From contig OX597831.1 in the NCBI GenBank assembly GCA_951406725.2, forward strand, positions 38,316,001 through 38,380,000: 64,000 nucleotides of DNA, written 5' to 3'. Positions 41,505 through 55,980 of this stretch are shown here, in pieces. The notes under the pieces are model-generated. The model was given only the letters and a program-made list of their open reading frames with translations. It was not told where the DNA came from and ran no database searches. How positions within the stretch are numbered: position 1 is the stretch's first letter; every line of letters begins with the position of its first letter. The stretch is from Octopus vulgaris (taxonomy: Eukaryota). The translations under genes and the position numbers were made by a program.

Positions 41505-41891
41505 CGCAGAAGTGGCTAAGTGGTAAGTAACTAAAACAACCACATGGTTTCTGTGTTCAGTCCCACTGCATGGCACCTTAGGTAAGTATCTTCTACTATA
41601 GCCTCGGTCCGAGCCAACCCTTGTGAGTGGATTTGATAGAAGGAAATTGAAAGAAGCGCGTCGCGTATATGCATATATGTGTGTGTATGTTTGTGTGTCT
41701 GTATTTGTCCCCCTATCACCATCGCTTGGCAACTGATGCTGGTGTGTTTACGTCCCCGTAACTTAGAGGTTTGGTGAAAGACAACCGACAGAATAAGTAC
41801 TAGGCTTACAAAGAATAAGTCCTGGGGTGCATTTGTTCGACTAAAGGCAGTGCTCCAGCATGGCCGCAATCAATTGACTGGGACAATAAAG
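41503..41891 (+). mobile_element. SINE family A, full length
   Basis: All modules present. Confidence 0.88.
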
Positions 41892-43064
41892 ATGTGGATA
41901 GGAAAAATGTGCGTAGAAGGTGGTGTGCTAGCAATCCTCTGCCCTTACTGCTTTACACAGTAAACAACAACACAAATAACTACGCAGACGCAGCCATGGT
42001 TGACACAAGAGCAAGATCAAGAAGCATTATTAAAAGAGAAAAGAAGCATTGTTATTCCTTACCTAAGTGACCTTATCTTACCGTCCATCACTTGTTATGC
42101 ACTCGTGAATTAGTTTGATAGTAGAGCTCTGTATTGGCTGTATCCAAATGAGTTCATAACTGAAGTCCGGAACTCTCGTGGGAAAAAAAAAACTTTCGCC
42201 TCCCAGTCAGTGGCATTCTTATGATCATGATTACTGAGTAACTGGTCTCCTCAGTCATAGGACCTGAAGAATTACTTACTTTTTATTTAGAACATACTCG
42301 CCTTTAAGAGGCTGAGCTTTCCACGGACGTGTTTACACTAAACGTAATTCCGAGAGAAAATCGACAGAACGCGCTGAATATAGCAAGGTATTACCGTTAT
42401 ATTACCTGTGCAATATAATTGAAGGCCTTCCAAACAGTTTGCATCTACTCGTTCTCAATAATGAGTTTATAATTAATTTATAATCATAATGAGTTGGCGC
42501 GAGTTTATAACAAGGTTTAATCATTGTATTACATGCGTAATATAACTGATGGTCTTCCATACAGTTTCAATCTACACATTTTTAATAATACGGTAGAAGC
42601 AGACGTGAGATTATAGAAAACGGCATTTCGGCTAAAAAGCGATTTAGTCGGATCGAACCGAAAAAGATTGCGGTTGCAAATCGAGAATCTTATTCGCACG
42701 ACTTTACCACGATCGACACATTTGGAACATCATAAAAAGAAGTGAAGTGAAAATGACTCCGACTTGGTTTCATTGATAAACATCTATAGCCATTTGAATA
42801 AAATACAAAGATAACACATGTTTAGTCGTATAGCGAACACAATAATGGAATTTTGTTCAAAAGTTGATGAAGCAAGCAAGCGGTAACCTAACCTGAAATC
42901 TTTGTATGAAACGCATTTATTGACCGATGAAATGATCTTTGATAAATAGCTTTACCTGATTCTGAAAATAGAATTACAGCCATGTTAATTACTTTAAATG
43001 CATTTATGTGATTTGTAACGACCAAACGCTTATTGCAATCTCGTTGTCTGCTGCTCTAACTCTT

Positions 43065-43152
<88 letters not shown>

Positions 43153-43271
43153 CCCTCTTTGTTGCTTATAATGTGACTGATTTATTATTTGTGTGTGTGT
43201 GTGTGTGTGTGTATGCGCGTATATAAATATTTTTTTTTTTTCCAGGATAAAATCAAAAGACAATATATATG

Positions 43272-43316
<45 letters not shown>

Positions 43317-43338
43317 ATGTATGTATATACATATACAT

Positions 43339-43383
<45 letters not shown>

Positions 43384-43434
43384 AATATGTGTGTGTTTGT
43401 ATGTATACGTATATATGTGTGCGTGTGTGTGTAT

Positions 43435-43478
<44 letters not shown>

Positions 43479-43501
43479 GTATATATAATATATATATATA
43501 T

Positions 43502-43544
<43 letters not shown>

Positions 43545-43732
43545 CATATAGCACGCTCTGTTTCTGTTTCATGTGAATCCATCCAACTACCCATCTCACC
43601 GAACGTATATCTTTCTCTCTACCTCAGTGTCGAACCATCCATCCATGCCTCAATCTATCCTTCTTTACTTTCTTACTTCTCTATCACCGTATTACCCTCT
43701 CTACGTGTCTATACGTTTGTCTCACACTCGTA

Positions 43733-43770
<38 letters not shown>

Positions 43771-44497
43771 CTATCTTTCTCTCACACTCACATTCTCTCA
43801 TCTTCTCTAATTCTATTTAGTTCTCTCTAATCAATCAGAAACATTTCAAAGAATTGACGTATTAGTTTTGCTAAATGATTCTTTGTATATCTGCTAGTGT
43901 AAAGATCAAATGATAAGAGTGAATCAATGTATGTTGTTAATATAATTGTGTCTACGTATATACACCTGTGCCTTTGTTCCTATGTATGTAAATATGTGTG
44001 TGTGTGTATGTGTGTGAACTTAAATTGTAAGTGTAATATAAGATCACAACCGCAAACAGACACAAAAAGTCATAAACAGTCATACATACAGAGGCGCATA
44101 GACACACACACATACATAGTCGAAGAAACATACAGATATAAGGCATGAGTACATACACATATCTTTATATTACAGCATGTATGCGTGCTGATTTCATTAG
44201 AGAGAGCGCATTTCCACAAGTATGTACCCGGTACGTGTATCCGTGCGTTTCCGTGTATGCGATCAATATACGAATATACGTGAATGCGCATACATTTGTA
44301 CGAAGTTACATAAACACACACATACATATACACATACACACACACACAAATACGCACATATATATAGGCATATATATATATATAAATGTATGTATATATA
44401 TGCACATGTATATATACATGCGTAAGTTCGTATATACACACATACATATATATATAATTTCTGTCTATTTATCAATCTCTCTCTCTCTCTCTCTCTC

Positions 44498-44548
<51 letters not shown>

Positions 44549-45380
44549 GTATGTATGTATGTATATATGTATGTATGCATGTATGTATGTATATACGAAC
44601 GTACGTATGTATACATACATACATATATATCATCAGGCACACATATATAGGCACGTACAAATGCGCCTAGAAATATGGTTATTCCAGAAGTAAGTAGTAA
44701 TGCTATATTCATCCCCCTCCTCCTCCTCCTCCTCCTCCTCATCATCATCATCATCATCGAAGTTGCTATCGTCGTCGTCATCATCAATAAACTTAAATAA
44801 TATGCTCGTTCTAGTTTAAGCGTAAATTCATTTAAGCAGCCATATATCTAGAAAAAGATCGCATTACACTAAATATTTTACATACAACACCGACACCATA
44901 TTGCAGATGAGATTCCTTATTTCTTTCTTTTGTAAAATTTTTCTGCTTGTGTTTTTTTTCATCTATTTTTCATTATTTTTTTATTATTATTATTTTTCGT
45001 ATCTCTCTCTCTCTCTCTATGTCTGTCATATGAACTTCTTCATGAAGTAATAACGGTGACAGAAGGAAATATAAGATATATGTTGCTTCACAAGTTTCAA
45101 TAACAACAACAGCAGCAACAACAACAACAACAACAATCATCGGTAACAGAACCACATTAATAACAACAAAAGCTGTAGCTACAACAACAAAATATGAATA
45201 TATAGCTAATGATGATGTATGGTAATTTCTGGAAATTTACGCTAAATGTATTTTTCTCGTGTGTCAGTGTGAAAGAACAGCTGATAGTTAAGTCGATAAG
45301 GTATCAGGTTAAAGAACCGACTAGTTGACATTTCACATATTACTATAAGAATCTGGCTGTGTTCAAAAGCAAATAAGTTG

Positions 45381-45620
45381 CGGCGCATAGCGTAGTGGTT
45401 AGCGTGTTGCACTCAAGATTTTTTTTAATCACGATTTCGATTTCCGGGCTGGGCAGTGCGTTGTCTTCTTGGGGAAATAACTTTACGTCACGTTTTTACT
45501 GTAAATGAGTAAACCTGCGCTCGACTGGCGTCCCGCTTACAGATGGCGTGTTGTGGACTCGGTCACTGATAGCGCCATGTTAACTTGGTAACCGAAGCGT
45601 TGAGTTCAAGGACTCTACAC
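45381..45620 (+). mobile_element. Degenerate tRNA-derived CORE-type SINE
   Basis: cggcgcatagcgtagtggttagcgtg...tttcgatttccggg...cttcttggggaaataacttt. Confidence 0.6.
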
Positions 45621-45657
45621 AGCAATGGCTATCATGATGATGATGGTGATCATCATC

Positions 45658-45910
45658 AGTGCTAACGGTTCTGCTAGCTCGCCAACTTATAAACACGTTT
45701 CTACTCTAGGCACAAGGCCCGAAATATTTAGGAATGGGTCCAATCGATTAGATCGACCCCAATATGCAAATGGTAATTAATTTATCGACCACGAAACGAC
45801 GAGTGGCAAAGTCGACCAAAGCGGAATTTGAACTCAGAACATAAAGACAGACGAAATACCTCTAAGCATTTCGCTCGGCGTGCTAACGATTCTGCCAGCT
45901 AGCCGCCTTA
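45658..45910 (-). mobile_element. SINE family B full copy plus an adjacent head fragment
   Basis: tctactctaggcacaaggcccgaaa...ggcaaagtcgac...gaatttgaactcagaac...ctgccagctagccgcctt. Confidence 0.85.
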
Positions 45911-46034
45911 GACGTCGTAAGATCGAAGTACATTTAGTGAGAATTGGTGTCTAGTATTGTTGATTTTTCTTGTTTATTTAGTTCCACATGGATCTTGATT
46001 AAGCAGGCATATCATGCAATGTGTTTCAGTTACA

Positions 46035-46480
46035 TCAGTTCATCTTTTTCAATATTTCATTTAATGTTTTAGCATATAGTTTCGTCTTTTTAGCTTATCA
46101 ATTTTCATTTATAAGAATACGCTTTTTCTTAACATATCACTCTAACTTCTTTATAATATTATTTCATCCTTTTAGCATATAACTTCATATTCTTACACTA
46201 AAGTTCTTCATTTTAGCAAATCATTTCATTATTTAAGCATATCGCTTTATCTGTTGAGTATATAATTTTATCTTTTTAGTATATTCATTTCAATATTTCC
46301 ACCATACAATTTCATCTTTTTAATAAAGCTTTTCATCTTTTTATCATATCATTTCATCTTTCTTATTAAATCATTTTACCTTTCTACAATATAATTTCAA
46401 CTTGTTTTAGCATATCATTTTATCTCTTTAGAATATCGTGTCATCTTTTTTGTAGTATCATTTCATTATTTTAGTATAAC
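46035..46480. repeat. Degenerate ~21-bp minisatellite (approximate consensus TTTCATCTTTTTAGCATATCA), roughly 20 units
   Basis: ttcatcttttt and ttagcatat recur at about 21-nt spacing. Confidence 0.7.
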
Positions 46481-47107
46481 TATATCTACGTCATTCATTA
46501 TGACATATAGTGACTATGATTAGCAGATCAAACTTTTGTGTAGAGTCTCTTGTGTTAACTCAAATAAAAAATTTGTCGTATCTTGTTAATTTTTAACGGT
46601 GCTGAGTTCCTGTTTTCGAATTCCGTATGGTTTAGGTAATGACAACCTCAGAACCTCTTTTCTGCTGATATTTTATCTCTAAGAAAACGAAAACACGTCT
46701 ACAACTCAATGATGATTGCTGGTTCCACAATCGTAGAGAAGACATAAATGTACTTATTTAACGATACAATGTGTTATACATATTTCAACTCAATAAAGCT
46801 CTATTGATAGCGTTATCCAAACTGCAACGCTTTTTTCAAGGAATATGATTCTGATACATCGCCCATTACATCCTGCAACATTTTCCATCACAATATTCCA
46901 TTAATTAGCTGCTAGTAACTCACTTGGAGGCAGATGTGGATGTTGATCATTTTGTGGTGGTATTAGTGGTGTTGATGGTGGCGATGGCTGTGGCAATAAT
47001 GATTTTGGGAATGATGAAAACCTTATTGTTTTTAATAGTAGTGCTTCTGGTAAATTTTAGTAGCTAATGTTGATGTAATTTCTATTTCATTTTAGAAGTA
47101 GTTGTGG

Positions 47108-47278
47108 TCTTCTTCTTCTTCTTCTTCTTCTTTCTTCTTCTCCTCCTGCTTCTTCCTCCTTCCTTTTTTTCCTCCTCCTGCTTCTCCTCCTCCTCCTCCT
47201 TCTTCTTCTTCTTCTTCTTCTTCTACTTCCTCTTCTTCTTTTTCTCCTCCTTCTCCTCCTCCTTCTTCTTCTTCTTCC
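47108..47278. repeat. (CTT)/(CCT)n microsatellite, probable (GAA)n tail of a minus-strand retroelement
   Basis: Directly visible; abuts the block at 47279-47560. Confidence 0.85.
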
Positions 47279-47757
47279 AATCAGGACTCACGCCATTAGC
47301 CACAAAGAATAATCTCTAATTCGAGCCTACTCTAAGCTACTAAGAATGCGTGTGGCAACTTGAAGATCCACCCACCACACACGTTAGACTGGCGGTTGCA
47401 TGGGCGCGAAAGCTATGTTCTTATCCTCATTCGGTAAACGGTGGATTTTAACAGGTGGAGAGCTGAACCATCCTGGGGTACAGATGATTAGCAATCTTGA
47501 CTAGGGTCCGAAAGTTTACCACACCATAGTGGGTTACACCATGGTTCCTCTGCTTTGTGGCAGAAGAAGGAAGAAAGAGTGAGAGAAAGTTGTGGTGAAA
47601 GAGTACAGTGAGGTTCACACCCCCCCCCTCGGGGGGCCTCGCGGACCTTAGGTGTTTTTGCTCAATAAATACTCACAATGCCCGGTCTGGGAATCGAAAC
47701 TGCTTTCTTACGACCGCGAGTCCGCTGCCCTAACCACTGAGCCATTGCGCCCCCACA
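47279..47757 (-). mobile_element. tRNA-derived SINE head (47560-47757) joined to a retroelement-like 3' end with a (GAA)n tail
   Basis: Minus strand: gggggcgcaatggctcagtggttagggcagcggactcgcggtcg...gtttcgattcccagaccggg...ttgagcaaaaacacct, ending ...ggcgtgagtcctgattgg(aag)n. Confidence 0.7.
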
Positions 47758-48079
47758 GTAGTTGTGGTTGCTAGTGTCGTTGCTAAAAGGTCGATAGTGT
47801 TCGTCTAATTTTTGAGTAGTAAAATGGTAATACTGTTGGTTACGGTGATTGGTGTTTAGTTAATTATAGTTTCTAGTAGGGAGTTGCAGCTGGGTGGGTG
47901 GAAGGATGTGGTTGCTGAAGTAATCCTTTTTTCTGTTCAAATGTAGTGGGACTGTTTAGTAGTTGATATAGTAGCGGTGTAGTATTGGCGGTGGTTTGGA
48001 GAGGGTGTCGACGTAGTGCTTGCGCTAGTGATGGCGGTGATGTTTTTCTCCATAATAGTTATCTTCCGCCTCTCTGATT

Positions 48080-48480
48080 TTCTAGTACTGCATCGTATGT
48101 AAACCTCGCTTTTCAGCTCATTCTATCCCAATCTACACTATGTCCATATCTGAATGGCTCTTTTCTTCTTCTTCATTGATTTGAACATTGTCCTAGTCTC
48201 TGCCCCGTAAAAGAGAACTGACATATTATAGCTGTTCACTAGCTCAAATTTTAAAGGCAACATTAGGTCTTCTGATATGAAGAAACTATATCATTCTTAT
48301 AAACGTTATTTTAACCTTATCAAATCTCCGTAACTTTTTCACAGCAACATTTTAGAATAATTTTTTCTACTTACAGAATTAGATACTTCTAGATTTCCCA
48401 TTATATGTAGCACTCTAGACACCAATGCGCCTGTGTTTCCTTCATATACAGCATAGCATAATATGAAGGGTATTAACAAC
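48080..48480 (-). mobile_element. Old RTE-like LINE fragment
   Basis: Minus strand reads MSVLFYGAETRTMFKSMKKKKRAIQIW, a decayed SVLLYGAETWT...AFEMW. Confidence 0.6.
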
Positions 48481-48680
48481 CATTCTTTCAATATATAATG
48501 ACGATGAAGAGCGGCACAAGTATTTGTAGCATATAATTTTATGCACTTACATACTGGTTGATTCGCTAATACTAAGGCAAAAGATAAAATTATATTTCGG
48601 CGGATGATACCAAAAACGTGTGAAGTATGCAGAGTTTTCTTTCGTCATTCCAGAGAAAACATATTAACCACAAATGTCGT

Positions 48681-48738
<58 letters not shown>

Positions 48739-50111
48739 GTTGCTTGTATGTGCAGTTCTAGCATGTATGATAGTATTTGATCTCTTACAATGTTTGAAGC
48801 CGTAAAATATCATTTATACCCACTTAAAAAGAGTGTATATAGTTTTCTTTTGAACTAGGTTGCATTCCATATGTATTACGGTATTACGTGTGTGTGTGTG
48901 TGTGTGCGTGTTTGTGTACGTGAGTGCGTGTGTGTGCATGTGTGTCTGTGTGCGTGTGTATGTATATATAAAAACACACACATAGATATAGGGAGAGAGA
49001 GGGAGAAAGAAACATATACAAAAATGCATATATATATATGTGTGTGTGTGTATGTGTATGTGCCTGCATATATATACATATTGTATATATGCGTGTATAT
49101 ATATAGATATATAAATATATAAACAAATACATACACACACACATATGTATATATATATATACGCACATATACTTATCTATCAATCTCTTTCTCTCTCCTT
49201 ATCATTCTCTTTCTTTTAAGAAATATTTTCTTAAAGTTGTAAGTATTAAAAGAAATTATAAACAAGGCGTATGTCTTGGGCATCTTGAGTATACATCATC
49301 GTCTGGACTTTGGGTGTCAGAGCTTTCATTGTTCAAACTTTGAAACGCAAATGTTCTGGGCTAAACCGCAGACGAAGTTACTTTTAGTAATTTTTGACTA
49401 TTTCTGGTTTAGATTTTTGATTTCATATTCTTATAGATTTTTCCCTTATGTAGTTGATCACTACAATCTTTTATTTTGCAAAAAACTGAAAAATTACGAA
49501 TTTTCCATTTGCATAAATGTGTAGATATCTATTACGTGGAACGTTTCTAAGAGAGGGATCTATAATTTGCTCTCCCCACACACTTACGACGTTGGTTAGT
49601 TTTCATTCTGCTTCCCCCCTCCCCATCTGATTGGATTGTGGTCATATGATGCAGCACATCAATTGTTTTTTATTCGTTTTTTTTTTTGTTGTTTTTGTTT
49701 TGCAATTTGTGTTTGCATTCAACTGTAATTTCTTACCATTCAATATTTTTGTTGTGCCTTGTTCAACAATTTCACACGTCAAACAACGGTGGTCTCTATA
49801 GTTTGTTACTGGCATTACTTTTTTCGCCGATGTGAATATCGTCTTTATTAGGAGTCGGCTGAGACTTCGTAGCTATCTTCGGCTATTGCTGAATTGCATT
49901 TCTCTAAATATAAGTCGGAAATTTCGATGATTGATGTAGAATTGGTGTGCTTAAGCAAATATAGGATGTTGTGCTTCTTAGGATACATGGGTGACTACAA
50001 ATGAAGAATTTATATTTGTACTTTCGTTTTCACGCTCAGCCTGAGTGACTCGCGGTAAATCTGAGATTCTGATATCTTCTGCATTGCTATGGCATGATAT
50101 ATAAGCTTTAA

Positions 50112-50330
50112 CCCTTTAGTGTTCAGATTACTCTGTTAAATGTAATACTCTTTCACTCAATTGTTTTGAATTAATAACGCATTATCGTCTAGCTTTGGGG
50201 TTTCAATGACGTGATTGTTTATTTTTAGAATGTCATTAAAGGTTAGGTGTGAGAGGCAAGATATCACCAGTTTGAATATAAAACATGTGGAATATCCGGG
50301 CCAGATATGACCGGTTTAAACACTAAAGGG
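50112..50330. mobile_element. piggyBac-type MITE
   Basis: TTAA|CCCTTTAGTGTT ... AACACTAAAGGG|TTAA: perfect 12-bp TIRs starting with CCC and a TTAA target duplication (50108-50111, 50331-50334). Confidence 0.9.
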
Positions 50331-51013
50331 TTAAAGAGTATTTTGTTTTTATTTCTTAAGAAACACACTGACTTCAAACGGTCGTCTCTATCGTCTGTTT
50401 CTGTCGGTAACTACTGAACGTATATGTCTTCCCAAACTGAATGCTATGTTCCTTCTTGCGTGGGGAGGGCTGCAAGATCTAAAACCGAAATAATGATGTG
50501 TGTTTGTGTTATTGTAGTAGAGATCACTTGTAAATGTTTCGTTTTGTATATGAAATGTATGTATGTTTATATGACTGAGTACATATATGTCGATAATCTA
50601 TACCAGTACGTGTGTATTTCATAATATGTACGTTTAATTTTAGGTATATATTTATATATATGTATGTATCTGAGTGTGTGTGTGTGAGTGTGCACGTATG
50701 CATGCTTGCATTTAGGGTATGTATGTATGTATATATGCATGTACAAGTATATATGCATAATATATGTAGTGTATATATATGTATATATATTCATACATAT
50801 ATATATGTATGTATGTGTATATATATATATATATATAAACATACATATATATACACTATATATCTATATATATATCATATATGTAAATATATATATATAT
50901 ATATATATATATTACATATAGAAATATACATCTCACATATATTCATACACACATACAGACACAAACGCAAACGTGCACACACACGCATACACACACGCAC
51001 GCACACATGCAAA

Positions 51014-51078
<65 letters not shown>

Positions 51079-51606
51079 TTGTTCAAACGTTCTTCGCAAT
51101 ATACACGCGTAACAGGCAAGTCTTAATTCTGAATTGTAAGGTTTCTGCTATTTTCTTTAAATCACATGATATCTATTTTGTTATTTCCTTTTTTTCTTTC
51201 TTTATTTAGTTTTATTTTTATATAATATTTCATCTCTCTCTATTTTTCTGCACTCAGTATTATACAAACAGCCATTCATTTTTCATACACTAACTACGAA
51301 AAATTTATAAAGCTTTTTACTTTAGGGAAAATCAGGTTTGTATTTTATTGGAATATTATAATCCAACCATATAATCACATCTGAAGTATGCTGTCAAGAG
51401 AATTGATTTGAATATTGCACTGAATCAGAGTGGTGGGGGAAAAGGAGGAGGAGAAAAATATAAACAAAACCTGATCATCATCGAAAGCTACAAATGAATA
51501 GCGTTCCACCCTGAGAAGACGTGGCCATATATTGCTGATTCATGTCTTGCAACAAACTCCAGCAGCATTCTGTATGTATGTGAGTATGTATGTACGTATG
51601 TATGTA

Positions 51607-51637
<31 letters not shown>

Positions 51638-51810
51638 ATGTATGTGTATGTATGTATGTATGTATGTATGTATGTATGTATGTATGTATGTATGGTGGTA
51701 TGCATGTAAGTATGTATGTTTGTAAGTATGTATGTATGCATGTATGTGTAGGTGTGTGTATTTGTGTGTCTATGTGTGTGCGGGTGTGTAGATTTTATTT
51801 TATATATATG

Positions 51811-51852
<42 letters not shown>

Positions 51853-51929
51853 TGTATATATTTGTGTGTGTATATTTTATATATATGTTCATATATATGT
51901 ATATTGATATATATATATATACGTATATG

Positions 51930-51976
<47 letters not shown>

Positions 51977-52090
51977 TAGTGTATATGTTTTTTTGTGTAT
52001 ATATATATGTTCATATAAATATATATTGATATACATATGTGTGTATGTATGTATGCATATATATATATGTGTGCATATATATGTATATTG

Positions 52091-52124
<34 letters not shown>

Positions 52125-52335
52125 ATGTATGTATATATGTTTGTATATCTATGTATATATATATATATGTGTAAGTGTGTGTGTGTGCATATATATGTTT
52201 GTATAAATTTATAGTTTCCTGTCTTTTGTATATTTCTTATTCCACACATTTCAAACCAATCAGAGACTCGGCATAAGTATGTGGAGGGTTGCGTGTGTGT
52301 GTATGTGTTTCTATGTATGTGCACACACACAAACA

Positions 52336-52450
<115 letters not shown>

Positions 52451-52879
52451 CATATGTACATACATGTATACAAACAACACATACATATATATATACATTA
52501 ATTTTTCGGAATACGAACGGATTTTTCCCAAGAAATATTGAAATTTTATATTGCAAAATTATTGAACCATTGATAATAATACTAATACATCGTACACTTT
52601 AATTGTGATTTTCTTCCGATTTTTTTTTATTAGTATTGATGTGAATATACTATTTTGTGTAAAATTCCTTTCTATATTGGTTATTTGTAAGTGCTCCTGA
52701 GAGCGTTCCTGGGTGTGTAAAATTTATATAATTTTACGTAAGATACCTCTGTGAAACTATAATTTTCTTGGTAAGATGTGCCTATTGTAGCAATTTGGAT
52801 CGGTTTTCGAACACATTTCATTCACCTTGCTCACGTGTTTTTCACTATATTGACAACACGGGCATGTGTGTGTGTGTGT

Positions 52880-53028
52880 GTGTGGTAAGAATTTTGCGTC
52901 TCAAGCACGTGGATCCATGATGAATCCCACTGTGTGGAAGTTTGGGCAAGTGTCTTCTACGATAGCCTCGGGCTAACGAAAGACCTGTCAGGGGATTTGG
53001 TAGAGATAAATGGTAAGAAGCCTTTTGC

Positions 53029-53030
<2 letters not shown>
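52880..53030 (+). mobile_element. SINE family A 5' half, diverged
   Basis: gtgtggtaag...aatcccactgtgtgg...ttgggcaagtgtcttctacgatagcctcggg. Confidence 0.75.
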
Positions 53031-53059
<29 letters not shown>

Positions 53060-53119
53060 AACAATACAATAAATAGAGAAATACAATTGACAATCTAACA
53101 ATTTATTTTTATTATAATA

Positions 53120-53331
53120 CTCTTTACTTTTTTATCTTTTACGTGTTTCAGTCATTTGACTGCGGTCATGCTGGAGCACCGCCTTTAGTCGCGAAAATCG
53201 ACCCCGGGACTTATTCTTTGTAAGCCTAGTACTTATTCTACCTGTCGCTTTTGCCGAACCGCTAAGTGACAGGGACGTAAACACACCAGCATCGGTCAAG
53301 CTATGCTAGGGGGACAAACACAGACACACAA

Positions 53332-53422
<91 letters not shown>

Positions 53423-53545
53423 TACGACAGGCTTCTTTCAGTTTCTACCAAATCCACTCACAAGGCGAGCTATAGCAGAAGACACTTGCGTGGCATCTTG
53501 AGCAAGTGTCTTCTGCTATAGCCCCGGGCCGACCGATGCCTTGTG
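53120..53545 (-). mobile_element. SINE family A ending in a fold-back inversion
   Basis: Minus copy switches to plus orientation near 53490, with 21-bp perfect inverted arms. Confidence 0.85.
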
Positions 53546-53940
53546 ATATAAATATAGGTACTTGTTAACGCACACGCACCAAAGCATAGGTATTTTGAAT
53601 CAGTATTATCAAACTCGCAGTCCATTTACATGGAATTTCGTCTTCCTATTTGAACCAAAACCCTGAAGAGACATGTATACGTGGATATGAATTGTTTATG
53701 TATCAAATAATATATATAAGTCAAAATAAATTGTTGGCTTTTTGTTTATTTTTAAAAAATTATTATATTTATAGTATATTATATTGTAATATAAAAACTT
53801 TATTAGACTGTGAATTGTATTTCTTTGTTTAATTTATCGCTTGTAATTTGTATTTTTACCCTTATTACTGTGGTATTCAACTAACGTACTGCTGAGTTAG
53901 ATTTTTTACACCCCATCGAAGAAATTCTTTCCTTTGTTTG

Positions 53941-54014
<74 letters not shown>

Positions 54015-54082
54015 GTGTGTGTATGTATATATATATGTATATATAAGTATATATATATATATATATATAACTATATATATAT

Positions 54083-54372
54083 AGGCGCAGGAGTGGCAGT
54101 GTTGTAAGTAGCTTGCTTACAAACCACATGGTTCCGGGTTCAGTCCAGCTGCGTGGCATATTGAGCAAATGTCTTCTACTATAGCCGTCGACGGCTTATA
54201 TGCCTTAATACTAGGCTATTTCCCCGTAACTTAGCGATTCGGCAAAAGAGAGCGATAGAATAAGTACTAGGCTTACAAAGAATAAGTCTTGGGGGTCGAT
54301 GTGCTCGACTAAAGGCGGTGCTCCGGCATGGTCACACTCAAATGACTGAAACAAGTAAAATAGTAAAAGAGT
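54083..54372 (+). mobile_element. SINE family A with its middle replaced by a 42-bp locally copied segment
   Basis: Head and tail intact; 54182-54223 is identical to 54804-54845. Confidence 0.85.
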
Positions 54373-54417
54373 AATATGTGTGTGTATAAATATATATGTA
54401 TATATACAACTATGTAT

Positions 54418-54548
<131 letters not shown>

Positions 54549-55324
54549 TATATGTACATATATATATATACACATATTCTGTAAATAATAATATTACTTA
54601 TAAGTTTCAAGCTTATAAGCGATAACCTTATAGTCCACCATATGTAAAAGAAAATAGTCTAGGATTAAAGAATATATAGTCATCGGCAAAAAAGTGTGTT
54701 TTGAGTACACATAGGACTTGAACTCATATCTCTTATATGCGCGATTTATCGTGAATATAAGATGTATGGGTTCGAATAGCATGCAAACGGAAAACCCACA
54801 TTTTAGCCGTCGACGGCTTATATGCCTTAATACTAGGCTATTTCCTTTAGTCGATATTAAGCCCGAAGTTTACTAATATCATTATTTCCAGTATTGTCCC
54901 CACTTCTCAATTTATCGCATGTATACATATGTGTATGCGTGTGAATGTGAGTATGTGTGTGCTTGTGTGTGCATGTGTGTATATATATATATATGTGTAT
55001 GTATACCTGCATGTGTGTGAGAGCATGTATGTGTGTGCATGTGTGTGTGTACTACTGCACTTCTTTTACTAGCGGTTCGCAACCTTCTTATAAAATTGCC
55101 CAACCCCACATCTTTATGTAATAGTTTATAACCGTATTGACCACCATCATGTAAATTTTTTAAATGTAATTAAGTTTTATTATTAATAAAACAATCATTT
55201 TATCTTAAGCAATAATTCCTTTGTTGCTCTATGGTCTTGCTGTTTCTGATAAATTCTTAAAGAAATCTAATGAAACTCCTTAAAGAAAAGGGAAAAAATG
55301 CAATATCGATCCAGTCTCATTATA

Positions 55325-55980
55325 TTGATTTCAAATTTTGGCACAAAACCACCAATTTAAGAAAAAGTGGGTAAGTCAGTTAGATCGATTCAAGTTTTCG
55401 AACGATACGTATTTTATTGCAAGGAAGTATGAAGCGCAACGGTGAACTCAGCTGAATTTGAACTCAAAACATAAACACAGACGAAAAGCCAGTGAGCCTT
55501 TCGCCCGGTATGCTAAGATTCTGCCTGCTCCCCGCTTTATCCAATCATATGATATTCTTTTCTATTCTAGTCACAAGGCCCGATTTTCGTTTTTATTTTT
55601 GTGGGGAGGCAGTCGATTACATTGAACCCTCTATGCAACTGGTACTTGATTTATCGAACCAGTAAGGATGAAAGGCAAAGTCATCCTCAGCGGAATTTGA
55701 ACTCAGAGCATACCGCTATGTATTTTGCCCGATGTGCTAACGTTTCTGCACGCTCGCCAACTTCAACTTATATGATACTGATTTCAAATTCTGGTACAAG
55801 GACAGCAATATCGAACGAGTTTGTAAGCCAGTTAGATCCACCCCGTTGTTCAACTAATATTTTCTTTTTATTGACCCTGGAAGAATCAAAGGCAAAAGTT
55901 AAACTCAGAACGTAAAGACGGACGAAATGCCGCTATTTTGCTCGGTGTGCTAAATAATTCTGTCAGTTCGCAGGCTTATT
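55325..55980 (-). mobile_element. Three tandem diverged SINE family B copies
   Basis: The (gaatttg)aactca(g/a)a motif occurs at about 55456, 55693 and 55901, each with matching flanking modules. Confidence 0.75.

Noticed and set aside
53660-53725. CTGAAGA-gacat...atgtatc-aaat
   Set aside because: GAAA is absent and stem I is unpaired; at most a decayed motif.
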